Of a stretch of DNA of 64,000 nt, positions 37,150 through 49,512 are shown piece after piece. The stretch is taken from assembly GCA_951406725.2 (NCBI GenBank), contig OX597815.1, positions 187,674,001 to 187,738,000 on the forward strand. Reading direction: 5' to 3'. The notes under the pieces are model-generated. The model did not search any database. It was given only the letters and a program-made list of their open reading frames with translations, and was not told the origin of the DNA. This DNA comes from Octopus vulgaris (taxonomy: Eukaryota). Position 1 is the stretch's first letter. Each line of letters opens with the position of its first letter. The translations under genes and the position numbers were made by a program.

Positions 37150-37585
37150 TGATGTCAGTGCTGCCTGATGGCTCCCATGCTGGTGGCATGCAATAAGCAT
37201 CATTCATGTGTGGGTCGTTGCCAGTACCGCCTGACTGGCTCCTCGTGCCAGTGGCATGTAAAAAGCACCATCTGAACATAGTCGATGCCAGAACCCCCCT
37301 GCCATGACTGGCTCTTGTACCGGAAGCATGTAAAAAGCACCATCTGAACGTGGCTGATGCCAGTGCCACCTGACTGGCTCTTGTGCCGGTGGCATTGTAA
37401 AAAGCACCCACTACACTCTTGGAGTGGTTGGCGTTAGGAAGGGCATCCAGCTATAGAAACATTGCCTGATCAGATTGGTGCCTGGTGTGGCCTCCTGCCT
37501 TGCCAGTCCCCAGTCAAACAATCTGACCCATGCCAGCATGGAAAACGGACGTTAAATGATGGTGATGATAATGATGATGAAGAAG
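37150..37585 (+). mobile_element. SINE family C with internal tandem units
   Basis: About 4 units of GCCAGT..CTGACTGGCTC..GGCATGTAAAAAGCACCA, then the C tail. Confidence 0.9.
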
Positions 37586-39276
37586 ATGGAATAAACAGGC
37601 TTTAATCACAAACCACAACAATTGTTTCTGTCATCAGATGTTGCATTATTCCATATCATACAATTACATAAATATTATATAAGTAATCACATAACTAAAT
37701 ATGACCCAGCAGCAGCTATGTACTAGCACATCATCAGGTGAGTGGCTTTGAATATATAATATGTATTCAACCTCCCGCTCTCTCCAACCAGACCTTTAAT
37801 CAGAGTACACAAGCCATGACATTTCCATTATATTTTCAAACAGTATCTAATTTTAAGATGCCAGGATATGATTTAAGGCAATTAAACTTGTAGTTGCTGC
37901 CTCATTTGCTTGTGTTTACTTGGTTGATAAAGATATTCTAAATAAATATCACTACTTAAGCATTTCTGTTTATTATTGAATTTCTCATGTTATAACGAAG
38001 TCGAAATCTCGGTTATATAAAACAAAATAAATTTTATTCGTAGTTTTAACTATCTTTAAATTAAATAGTCGCAGCCTCTTCTGATTGAATTTCTTTACAA
38101 TAATCTATGAGATTTTTAGTTTTCTATGGCAATGTCATAACTGATGTAGACCAAAAAGTTTTTGTTTTTCCTATAGAGTTTTCAAAGCAGTCCTATTTGA
38201 AATGTATTTGAGAAATTCATTCTGTCCTCAGTTTTATTGAGAATATGAATATTAGTATTCACTCCACACAGAAGACAATAAATACTTTTTGTAATTTTTT
38301 TTTTTTTTTAGAGGTAGCAGTGATATGCTAATAAGTCATTAGTATTCAGTATAAATGGAAATGGTGATTGTTATGATAATGTTAATCAAGTACTATTAAT
38401 AAGATATTTGTTGTGAATTAGAAACTAGTGACTCAAAAAATGCAGTAATGAAAGATAGTCCAAGCATAAAAACTTTCTGAAATTATTAATATTATGTGAT
38501 CACATGATTAATACACCGAATAATAAATTAAGTAGTCTGTTTTTTTTTTTTTTTTTTGGTGAAATTTTATTTCCTTGTCATAAGCTAATTCAGAAGAACT
38601 GGCATTTTACTGTTTTCTAAAGATGAAATTTTATTATATGTAGGATGTTAAGGGTGGTGAGTAAATGGTATATTTTCGAGCTCCTAGCATGCCGAATTCA
38701 AATCCCACTGAGGCCACTTTTGCCTTTTATCCTTCTAGGGTCAATAACATAAAGCACCAGTCAGATACTGGGAGGAATTACATTGACTAATCTCCTCCAG
38801 ATTTCTGGCCTTGAGTTTATGTTAGAAATCATTATGCTCTCAAGCACAGCACATCGCCAAAGATGTGCTGTGCTTCAGAGGACTTGTCAAGCCAAGTGCC
38901 CCTGTACTGGTGGCATGTAAAGGTCACCTTTCAAAAATTGGGCCTCACCAAGGCAAAGTGGCTGAGTTCCTTTCGAGCACTGGGCCTCATAGAGGCAAAG
39001 TGGCTGAGTTCCTTTCAAGCATTGAGCCTCATGGGGTTTACAACCCCATTTCATAGTGGTTTGGCAAAAAGAGACCGACAGAATAAATAAGTACCTGGCT
39101 TAAAAAGAAAATAACTACTAGAGTTGATTTGCTTGACTGAAATCCCACAAGGTGATGCTCCAGCATGGCTACGGTCTATTGATTGTAAGAGCAGTTTTTG
39201 AGGCTTGAATTGACTTTAACGAGTGAGGGAAAACCTTTGCAGCACCATACTATGGTGACTTTAATCCTATTTTTAT

Positions 39277-39583
39277 ATTGTTTGTTCCTTCTTGAGCCAT
39301 CCCTGGCTCATAAGGGCCAGTTTCCCAGTTTCTTGGTGTATAGGTTCCGCTCCTGGATGGGACGCCAGTCCGTCACAGGTGAACTGCAAGATGCAGGAGG
39401 AAAGAGAGAGAGAAAGTTGTGGCGAAAGAGTCAACAGAAGTTTGCCATTGCCTTCGGCTGGAGCCGTGTGGAGCTTAGGTGTTTCACTCCTAAACACACA
39501 CACATCGCCCGGTCTGAGATTCGAGCCCACAATCCTTTAACCACGAGTCTGCTGCTCTAACCACTAGGCCATGTACCTCCACT
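39277..39583 (-). mobile_element. SINE family D, tail type 2
   Basis: D head; tail shared with 42727-43012. Confidence 0.9.
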
Positions 39584-39788
39584 ATTTTTATAAGCACCCT
39601 TGATTTTAATCTTGATTTCAGTAATGAAAGTGCATTCTATGCATAAAGGTTTATGATATTTTTCGCTGTTTAATTTTACTCATGTTGTTGTTGTTGTTTA
39701 ACCCCAGGTCAGTCCTGGTTGAGCAGACTTCCCCCAGGGTTTTTCTTTCTCTCAGTGGTTTATGTATCAAGGACTACATTGCCTAATA

Positions 39789-40113
39789 CAGTGGTTCTCA
39801 ACCATCTTGTGTCTATGGGCCCTTTGATTCCGATTTTATTTTTCTGGACCTCCATAGCCATTCACCCCACCATCCCCACACATTCTTTTATTTGTTTCAG
39901 TCATCTGACTGCGGCCATGCTGGAGTACTACCGTTAGTCAAAGAAACCGACCCCAGGGCTTATTCTTTTTTGAAGCCTAGTACTTAGTCTCTTTTACTGA
40001 ACTGCTAAGTTACGGGGATGTAAGCATATCAACATCGGTTGTCAAGCGATGGTAGGGGACAAACTCAGACAAACACACACAAATACATACATACATACAT
40101 ACATACATAATAC

Positions 40114-40161
<48 letters not shown>

Positions 40162-40472
40162 GAAAGGCGTCTTTCAGTTTCTGTCTACCAAATCCACTCA
40201 CAAAGCTTTGGTCAGCCCGAAGCTATAGTAGAAGACACTTGTCCAACATGCCATGCAGTGGGACTGAACCCTGAACCATGTGGTTGGGAAGCAAGCTTCT
40301 TACCATACAACCACATGTATTTTTATAATTAAATATTATTTGGAATTGTATAAAAAAAATTAAATATTTCGTTTATTGTAGAAGCATAAACAATATTTTT
40401 CACATAAAATTTTAATAACAAAATCATATATGGACTCCCAAGAGCCATATGGAACCCTGGTCGAGAGCCACT
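39789..40472. mobile_element. hAT-type MITE containing a SINE A (39884-40313, minus strand)
   Basis: CAGTGGTTCTCAACC / GGTCGAGAGCCACTG; homologous to 4105-4404. Confidence 0.8.
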
Positions 40473-41226
40473 GATCTAATGTGTCTTTCCATTTTAAGGT
40501 GGTAGAATGTGATTTAAGAGAGATTCGACTGCTATTTCTTGCAGATTGAATAGCCATGTCGAAACTCCATCTTGTAATTTTGCAATTTATATGCAGAGGT
40601 ATTAGAATTGTTCTCCCTTAATCTTTTTTTTTTTTCTTGTATGTGTTTCCAAAATGAAATACAGCCTAGTGAAAAAGATCTGCCAAACACAATACAGAAC
40701 CTTGTCATTTATCACTTTAATTGAGTGCTAGCATTTTATTTCCTACCAGCATGCAAACGTGATCTCCAACAAGGAAACCTGAATGTTATTCTTGATTTCT
40801 TATTCAATTAATTGTCCACTATTTCTGTTTGTATCAGACTTGCAATGCGTAGTGTAGATTGAATACCTTTGCTTTTATACACAGTTCATGGCAATACCAA
40901 AGTAATAATGGATCTAATATTTGGTATTAATATTTGGAATTAGTTTATAATATTCTTGAGAAAGTAAGAAAGAAAAAAGTTTAAATATAGATATATCTAT
41001 GACTTGTTGCTTTTCAACGACAGCAACTAGTTTATCCATAGCTGTTAGTAAACAAGAAAATTAGATTGGAGATAGCTACAAACTTCCAACAAAGTAATTG
41101 CTTAGATGCTAAAAACATTTATGTAGAAAGACATTTTCAACACTGTAATCAATTGTTGAATATATACATATATATATATCATCAGCATCATCATTGTATA
41201 ACGTCCATTTTCCATGGGTTGGATGG

Positions 41227-41270
<44 letters not shown>

Positions 41271-41281
41271 GTATGTAAATA

Positions 41282-41854
41282 TTGGGTTGTCCAGAAAGTT
41301 TGTGCCGATTTTTAAAGAAAGAAAAAGGTCAATAAATACTTGCCATTACATTTTTAATCAACCAAATATGAACCATTTTGTTGCCCAATGCGTCTCCATC
41401 TTTCCTTTAACTTGAAAATACTCTCTTCCCCAGAATTGAGGTGGTTTCATGGCAAAGAAATCATCAATGTATCTTATTACTTCATCCAAGGAATTGAAAT
41501 TTTTACCATTAAAACTATTCTGCTAAGTGGAAATCTGAAGAAGCAATATCTGGTGAATATGGAGGGTGGGGTAACACATCCCAGCCAAGCTGCAGCAATC
41601 TTTGTCTCGTTCCCTAAGCATCAAGTGCCAAAAATGAACTTTCTTATCTTTCATTTTAAAGGGTTGCAGAATTAACACAGGTTATAGAAACATACACCTT
41701 CTTTCATGAAAAGATAGCATAAACTGTGCTCTAAATGGAGGTGTAGTCAAATCTTATTTTATGGACTCAACCATGTTCTAAAATAAGTCAAAAGTAAGCT
41801 ACTATAAATCGGCACAAACTTTATAGATGTGATATCACTTTCCAGGCAACCCAA
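41282..41854 (-). mobile_element. Internally deleted mariner transposon, inverted relative to 34296-34834
   Basis: TA-TTGGGTTGTCCAGAAAGTT ... CAACCCAA-TA; same transposase remnant on the minus strand. Confidence 0.93.
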
Positions 41855-41876
41855 TATATATATATATATATATATA

Positions 41877-42051
41877 TCTCCGTTGCCCGCTCCGGGATCT
41901 TTCTTTCCTCTCTCTTCCTTCTTTATGTTTCCGACGAAGAGCTCCGCTCGAAACGTCATACCTCCCTGCTTCCATTTCCTGAGCGCCTATTAATAATAAT
42001 ACTGTAATTGTTCCATTGTTGTTGTTTTTTTGTTTCCCGTTTGGATTAAAA

Positions 42052-42052
<1 letters not shown>
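41877..42052 (+). mobile_element. (TA)n-embedded element with minimal hammerhead motif (Penelope-like)
   Basis: GTTT-CCGACGA-A-GAGC-TCC-GCTC-GAAA-CG-TC-ATAC at 41927-41961. Confidence 0.75.
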
Positions 42053-42084
<32 letters not shown>

Positions 42085-42119
42085 TACATACATATATACA
42101 CACACGCACACACACCACA

Positions 42120-42670
42120 CACACATATCAGAAAATGAGATGACAAATGAACAAACAATCATCTTATGCACTCCATTGGCTTACAGCTGTTTCTGCTATA
42201 AGATGCAATGGACTCATGGTTGTGTGCCTGAGTAACACTTTATAAGCTTCACCAGAGCCTTGAATATGAAGTGCAATTTATTTAGGAAAACAAATACATT
42301 TATTTTACATAAATTCTCTTCTGGTGGATTACATCCTGGAAAGACAGCTAGAATTTAATTTCTTTTCACTGGTTATATTTGATCTTCCTGTGTCAATGAT
42401 ATCTTTGCACTCCTATCAAGCACATTGCCCCTTTATAGATGTGATATCACTTTTAAGTCATTCATCACGATACTTCCTTTCATTCAGCTGTCGCTTTTTA
42501 ATTAATTGCTTTGGTCATTTCATGTTTCAGCAACTCCTTCCATCACCAAACACCAACACTATAACTTTCACTAATTAACTGCCAACATTTTAATATTTGA
42601 TATTTAATGATATCAAAATCTGAACATCGTTTATTTTCAAGCAGGATCCTCTCTCAGTTGAGACGTCCAT
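42120..42670 (-). repeat. Donor of the DNA duplicated in inverted orientation at 33800-34285
   Basis: Near-identical ORF-track peptides MDYILERQLEFNFF... at 33892-34089(-) and 42324-42578(+). Confidence 0.97.
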
Positions 42671-42726
42671 GTCTTGCAAGCCACTTAGCAACACTGTGGG
42701 CACTGGCACCATGTAAAAAATGCATT

Positions 42727-43012
42727 TGGAGGCACATAGCCTAGTGGTTAGAGCAGCGGGTCAAGGGATCGCGGGTTTGAATCTCAGACCGGGGGATGTG
42801 TGTGTTTATGAGCGAAACACCTAAGCTCCACACAGCTCCAGCAGAAGGTAATGGCAAACTTCTGCTGTCTCTTTCACCACAACTTTCTCTCACTCTTTCC
42901 TCCTGCATCTTGCCGCTCACCTGTATTGGAGCAGCGTCCCGTCCAGGTGGGGAACCTATACGCCAAGGAAACCGGCCCTTATGGGCCAGGCGTGGCTTGA
43001 GAAAGAACAAAC
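42727..43012 (+). mobile_element. SINE family D, tail type 2
   Basis: TGGAGGCACATAGCCTAGTGGTTAGAGCAGCGG...GGTTTGAATCTC head. Confidence 0.9.
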
Positions 43013-43179
43013 AAAAAATGCCTTTACTTGTGTCTCATAAACAGCACCCATGCTGGTGCCACTTAAACAGCACCCATGCCAGTGGCACATAAAAAGCATC
43101 TATGCTGGCACCATATAAAGCTACTCAGTGCATTCTGTAAGGTGGGTGGCATTAGGAAGGGCATCCAGCCCATAGAAAT

Positions 43180-43392
43180 TCTTTTCTACTCTAGGCACAA
43201 GACCTGAAATTTTGGGGGAGGGAGGGCCAGTCGATTAGATCGACCTCAATATGCAACTGGTACTTAATTTTTCAACCCTGAAAGGATGAAAGGCAAAGTC
43301 GACCTCAGTGGAATTTGAACTCAGAACATAAAGACAGATGAAATACTGCTAAGCATTTCACCTGGCGTGCTAACGTTTCTGCCAGCTCGCTT
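43180..43392 (-). mobile_element. SINE family B (tail B2)
   Basis: Full reverse copy. Confidence 0.9.
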
Positions 43393-44471
43393 GAACCGGC
43401 AACAGATTTAGAACAAAGCAGAGAAGAGTAAAATCAAATGCATGAAGGCTGTCTCTAACAAAGATAAAAGAAAAAAATTGCATGTATCTTTAATAATTGT
43501 GTTGAAAGGTTTTGGAAAGTAGAAAAGGCTAAACAAATACAGTGTGAAAATGGAAATCTTTTGCCAGGATGGAATCGAGTTTCCATTGTAGTACAGACAT
43601 GAATAGCAGTGGAAATTACAGGGCATGAAAATGGCTGCACATATAATGCTGAGAACTGAATCTGTAAGCTTCATTCACAAATCGTCTTAAATGAACTGTT
43701 ATTGCAGAAAATTATTTTAAACGTAGCTTAAATGTCTCTGCAACAGACCTTAATCAAGAAGATCCGAGTTTTAAAAATTCCGGAAGAAATATAGGTTTGT
43801 GTATTTAATTCCATTTTGATGAAATGCACCAAAACATGGAAAATATATAATTTGAAATCATCATCATTGTCATCATCTGCTTTCTATGCTAGCATGGGTT
43901 GGATTGTTTGACTGAAGCTGGCAAGCCAAAGGGCTACATCAGACCTCTGTCATCTGCTTTGGTATGGTTTCTACAGTTGGATGCCCTTCCTAATGCCAGC
44001 TATTTTACAGGGTGTATTGGGTGCTTTTTATGTGGCACCAACACCAGTGCTTTTTGTGTGGTGTGAACACGGGAAGGAAAAAAGATTACATAGGGAATCA
44101 TATATACATCATTTTCTTCCTCCTTTCAGCTAACAGTCTCTTTATTGACCAAAGTTTCAATAAATGTGTGAGGTTTTTACATTTGGCAATTCTCAAAATA
44201 ACCTTATAGATGGCATCTAGTCTAGCTTCATTTCATTGGTAAACATATTCACTTTGATCAACTTGAACATATTTCTGATTAAATGAATTCTGATCAAAAT
44301 ATAAGTTTTATTAGTCAACTCAATCAGAGTTCATAAATGCTGTTTCAGAAAGCTTCGGTTCCATGAATAGTTATAATGGAACTTTATGATGACACATAAC
44401 ATGTCTGAGGGAAATATTTTCCTTTATTTTTCTCCACTCAGTGAAACAAGATTTGATGAATGCATTTATAC

Positions 44472-44528
<57 letters not shown>

Positions 44529-45077
44529 TATATATCACAGGATCCTTAAGTACTTGAGATGAAAAGTAAATATTTTAGTAGTTTGTTAGCTGAATACATA
44601 ACAAGTAGCTACTCCAAAGTAATCTGTGTTAATGTTGCTTTCAGTCAGTTCAACACAGTCAACCTTTGACTTTTCCTTTCCTAAGGGTTTTTCTTTTAAC
44701 TCAATGTTTACACACTATTATTCATAGGATATTTGCTTCAAGTTGCTTCAACATTCCAAAAAAGAATTATTTCAAATTATGTATTGTCAGAAGTTTTAAA
44801 GCACTTACTAAATATGCTAAAAAAATAAGCTTTGTGCGGTTGCAAAGTCTGTTGGCTTCTGGCATGAAAAATGACTTAATGGAAGAAGCAGTGAACATGA
44901 GAAATAGTTGAGTGAATAAAATTATTGTGCAATGTACAGAGGTGGGTTGTGATAGCTGGATGTTATGCCACGTGAGTTGCAGTTGGCTGGTTTTGGTTAG
45001 CTCCAAGTTCAAGTGTTTTTACAAAGTTTGTACAACTTTAATTTCTCTTATATACTTATAGAGGTATGTATATATAG

Positions 45078-45240
45078 CTCTCTCCTTTTTTTTCTCTCCT
45101 TGTTTTTTTTCTGTGTCCCTTTCTGTAGAAGAGCGTAGACTCGAAACATAAAAGACTTTTTCTATTCCTGAGCATTATACTAATACATCTGTTTGTTTTG
45201 TACACCACCTGTCTTCGTTTTTTTTCGTAAACTCTCCCTA
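45078..45240 (+). mobile_element. (TA)n-embedded element with degenerate hammerhead core
   Basis: CTTT-CTGTAGA-A-GAG-CGTAGA-CTC-GAAA-CA-TA-AAAG at 45119-45154. Confidence 0.65.
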
Positions 45241-45529
45241 TATATATAGCTCAGTGGTTAAGGTGTTGCACACACGATTTTGAGATCATCGGTTCAATTC
45301 CCAGACCGTTGTGTTCTTGAGCAAAACACTTTATTTCAAGATGCTCTGCAATCTTTTCGTCATCTGACATGTAGCACCTGTTGCACCTGAACAGGTAATG
45401 TCAATCTGATGGAGGGAGTGAGCTTATGTGTACACAAGCATTTGATCACTATAAACAAATCCTCTCTGTGATTGTTCAATAAGAAATTGTCAAACCCTCA
45501 TATGTCGTCTAATGACAGGAGAGTCTGTC

Positions 45530-45778
45530 ATTATCATCATTTAATGTCCACTTTCTATACTGGCATGGATTGGATGGTTTGACCGAGAGCTGGCAATCCA
45601 GGAGGCTGCACCAAGTTCCAATCTGATCTGGCAAGGTTTCTACAGCTTGATGCCCTTCCTAACGCCAACCACCCTGAGAGTGTAGTGGGTGCTTTTTATG
45701 TGCCTCTGGCATTGACCACACTTGAATGGTGCTTTTTACGTCCCACTGGCACAGGAACCAATCAGGCCACAGAAGCCA

Positions 45779-45817
<39 letters not shown>

Positions 45818-46492
45818 AAAATAATCAAATCAAATAAATGAACATTAAAAATAACAATAACAAGCAATAAGAGGACACGCACATGGAGTGGATTAGTTTT
45901 ATGCTTGATAAAAAAAGAGAGCTTTTGACTTTTTGAGCATAGATTTCTGTCGAAAAGGAAAAAAGGGAAAAGTCTAAAGAAGGAAAAAAAATTCACCAAC
46001 AGCACATGTGTAGTTACATTGCTGAAGTGACCGGAAGAGGAAAGATCAACATCATCATTATCATCATCATTTAACATCTATTGTCCATGCTGGCATGTGT
46101 TGGGCAGTTTGACCAGGGCTGGCAAGCAGGAAGGCTGTACCAGACTCTAGTTTGATTTGGTATGGTTTCTATGGCTGGATGCCCTTCCTAATGCCAACCA
46201 CACTGAGAGTGTAATGAGTGCTTTTATATGACATTTGTGTGACACCAGTATCTACCCCTACTTACTTTTCTCGGGTTTAGAAAACAGTGAAAAGTGATTT
46301 GTAAAAATTTGCTTTTAATTAGGTTTCTTCTCAAAGAACATCATCATCATAATCATCTTTTAACGTCCGTTTTCCGTGCTAGCACGGGCTGGACGGTTCG
46401 ACCAGGGTCTGGGAAGCCAGGAGGCTGCACCAGGCTCCAGTCTGATCTGGCAGTGTTTCTACATCTGGATGCCCTTCCTAACGCCAACCACT
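45530..46492 (-). mobile_element. Cluster of three SINE C copies
   Basis: GATGCCCTTCCTAA(C/T)GCCAACCAC at ~45650, ~46180 and ~46470. Confidence 0.88.
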
Positions 46493-48126
46493 CCTTATTT
46501 GTAAAAGTTTGGGGGTCTGAGTTTGCACCTCTCACTAAGCAAATTTTGTTCCCGAACCAGTGTGTGTGTGTTGTGAATTAATAACCAGGATCTGTAAGGG
46601 GCTCAGAACTGAAGTAGAAAAGAGTAAAATTTTCAGATGTAGTTGTTTGAAAGTGTAGCCAAGGTTAAGCTATTTGTTTGAAGACATCAAGCTCATCCAT
46701 CTCATTAGACATGTGAAATTAAATTAAATGAAATTACTGACAAATCACACCTGTTTGTTCCATGGTGTCCATAGATTTTAAAGTGTATTCTTCGTAAAGG
46801 GTATATCAGGCATATCAACACTGCCGAATTGAGTAAACCAAAACAAAATACTTGAGAAACCTTGTTTTAAACCAATCAGGGAAAATTAGCTAAATTATCA
46901 AAAAGTGTAATGACCTTTTTCTTTTTCTATTGCACAAATAATGAATGAATAACCATTCTATTCTTAATGTTCAGAAAACATTGGAATCTCTGCAGGTTTT
47001 GCTCTGCTATATATTTAAATTCTTGCTGATAATGCCTAAAGATGTTTTGATACGACTAATTAAAATGGTTTACTCATATATTCAGTCTCAGAGTGATGTG
47101 TTTATTTATGTGTGTCGTTCCACATTGAGAAAGAAAAAAAAAAGGGTGGGATGGGGTGGGGTGGATTGTCATTTGCATGAACTTAGAGAATACTGGGGAA
47201 GAATTTACCATTCCACAAATGGTCGTATTTAAATAAAGCAGTCAATCACTGCAAGCATACATAAGCATGGAAATTGACGCAGTAAATATAAACCATAATT
47301 GTGACAAAATACTATGGAATATGAATATTTTAAAAATGAATTTGAATTAATTTTAAAAACCAACTCATTCTCTGAAATAAATAAATAAATAAATAAATAA
47401 ATAAATCTCATATAAATAGAATTTTTCAGCAAAATTCTTCATCATAGATGTTTTCTAAAATTCAAATTCTGTTAATGCCTTGAAGCTTCCATTGAAAAGA
47501 AATTGAATTTTGAATTCTAATTAAGCACAGATAATATTTTTTTTGTTGTTCTAACAGCATATAATGCACAATATTTTTTTAAACTGAAATCTTAAACAGT
47601 TTACAGTTTTTTTTGTTTGTTTTTAGCTTCACAATTTTGCTATTATTTCTTTAATCATACTCCAAGTCATTTGTAAAAGGTAATTCAATGATGGACTCAG
47701 CTTCCCAATTATCATATTTTCTAACTTTATTTATGCTTATACAAAAATTTTTAAATGGTTCTTTTAATGGTCGTATTAAAGAGGTAATTCATACTAAAAA
47801 TATTTTGATAATTTGATAATAAAAATAACTTTTTTTAAAGTTAATTTCAATGATAATATTGCAGAGTCATTAATTAAAGAAAAAAGGATTTCATGTGTCT
47901 TGTTAGGTCATTGGCTTCAATGTGGGTTTGTTTTGGTTGGGTACGATGCTAGCTGTTAGCTGAAACAGACCTATGACCAAAAGACAGTCAAACCATGATC
48001 ATTCCAGCTATTCTTTTTTGCATTTTTACATGGAAGTTGCTATGTTGTTGTTTGATCTGTTAGAAATAGCAACCAAGTCTCTCACAAATCATACATTATC
48101 ATCTTCAAAAAGACAAAAAAAAAGGT

Positions 48127-48465
48127 GTAGGCACAGGCTTCTCAAGTTCACTTCCACTGTGTGATTCCTTGGGCAAGTGTCTTGGGCAAGAGTCTTGGGC
48201 TGATCAAAACCTTGTGAGTGGATTTGGTACATGGAAACTGGAGAATCCTGTCGTGTGTGTGTGTTTGTGTTTGTCCCCCATCACTGCTTGACAACCAGTG
48301 TTGGTGAGTTTATATCTCTGTAACTTAGCAGATCAGCAAAAGAGACTGATAGAATAAGTACCAAGCTTGAAAATAATAAGAATTGGGGTCGATTCATTTG
48401 ACTAAAAATTCTTCAATGCAGTGCCCCAGCATGGCTGCAGTCTTAATGACTGAAACAAGTAAAAA
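48127..48465 (+). mobile_element. SINE family A (diverged)
   Basis: Body and tail match. Confidence 0.85.
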
Positions 48466-48797
48466 ATGAAAACCAATAAAAGATAAAGAACACATTCGTT
48501 AGTGTAATCTTAGATAGAGTGTTAAACACTTTCGATATGCAAATGAGGGACTCCTTCATAGAATAACTGCTGCATTTGTTGAGTATATAAACAGTTTGGC
48601 TGCTTGTTTCTCTGGAGACTGTCAGAATGATGTAGACACCTCTGATGAGAACCCAGTAAGGTGAAAATTGTTTAAGGTTGTTCATCGTTTTTCAGTCTGC
48701 AGAGAAATGGCTAAAATTTGCCCTGTTTATGATTATACCATATGTTACATACAATCATAACTGTTTGTAAGGTAGAGAGATAGTTGATGAACTTGAT

Positions 48798-49512
48798 TTA
48801 ACCCTTTCGTTACCAACCCACCTGAAACCGTCTCTGGCTCTGTAGTATAAATGTCAAGTTTTCATACGTTTTGAATTAAAAACTTCCACCAAACCTTAGT
48901 CACAATTTATGGTCCTAACACTGGCTTAATGATAACTAAGTTATTTTACTGAATTCTTTGTTATATTTAAAATTAATTGAAAGAAACATAGAACATCTCA
49001 AAAGAAATATGGTAACAAAAGAGTTAACAAATGATTAATTTAACCCTTTCGTTACCAACCCGCCTGAAACCGTCTCTGGCTCTGTAGTACAAATGTCAAG
49101 TTTTCATAAGTTTTGAATTAAAAACTTCCACCAAACCTTCGTCAATATTTATGTTCCTAACACTAGCTTAATGATAACTAAGTTATTTTACTGAATTCTT
49201 TGTTATGTTTAAAGTAATTGAAAGAAACACAAAGCATCTCAAAATAAATACAGTAATGAAAGGGTTAAAACATTACTAATGCCTATTTCATTGACGTCAA
49301 CTAGATTTAACCTTTTAGCTATATCCGGCCCAAATATTCCACCTGTTTTATGCTCAAACTTGTCAGATCTGACCTCTCACACCTATGCTACAATGTCATA
49401 TAAGCAATCACATCCTCTGACTCTTTAAGCTACAAGATAATTCATGATTAATTCAAAGCATTGTTAATAAGTAAACATTACAAATGACAGAGCGATCTCA
49501 ATGCTGAAGGGT
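48798..49512 (+). mobile_element. Head-to-tail cluster of three piggyBac-type MITEs
   Basis: 48798-49027 and 49040-49268 are near-identical TTAA-CCCTTT...GTTAA units; 49307-49512 belongs to family 1. Confidence 0.92.
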
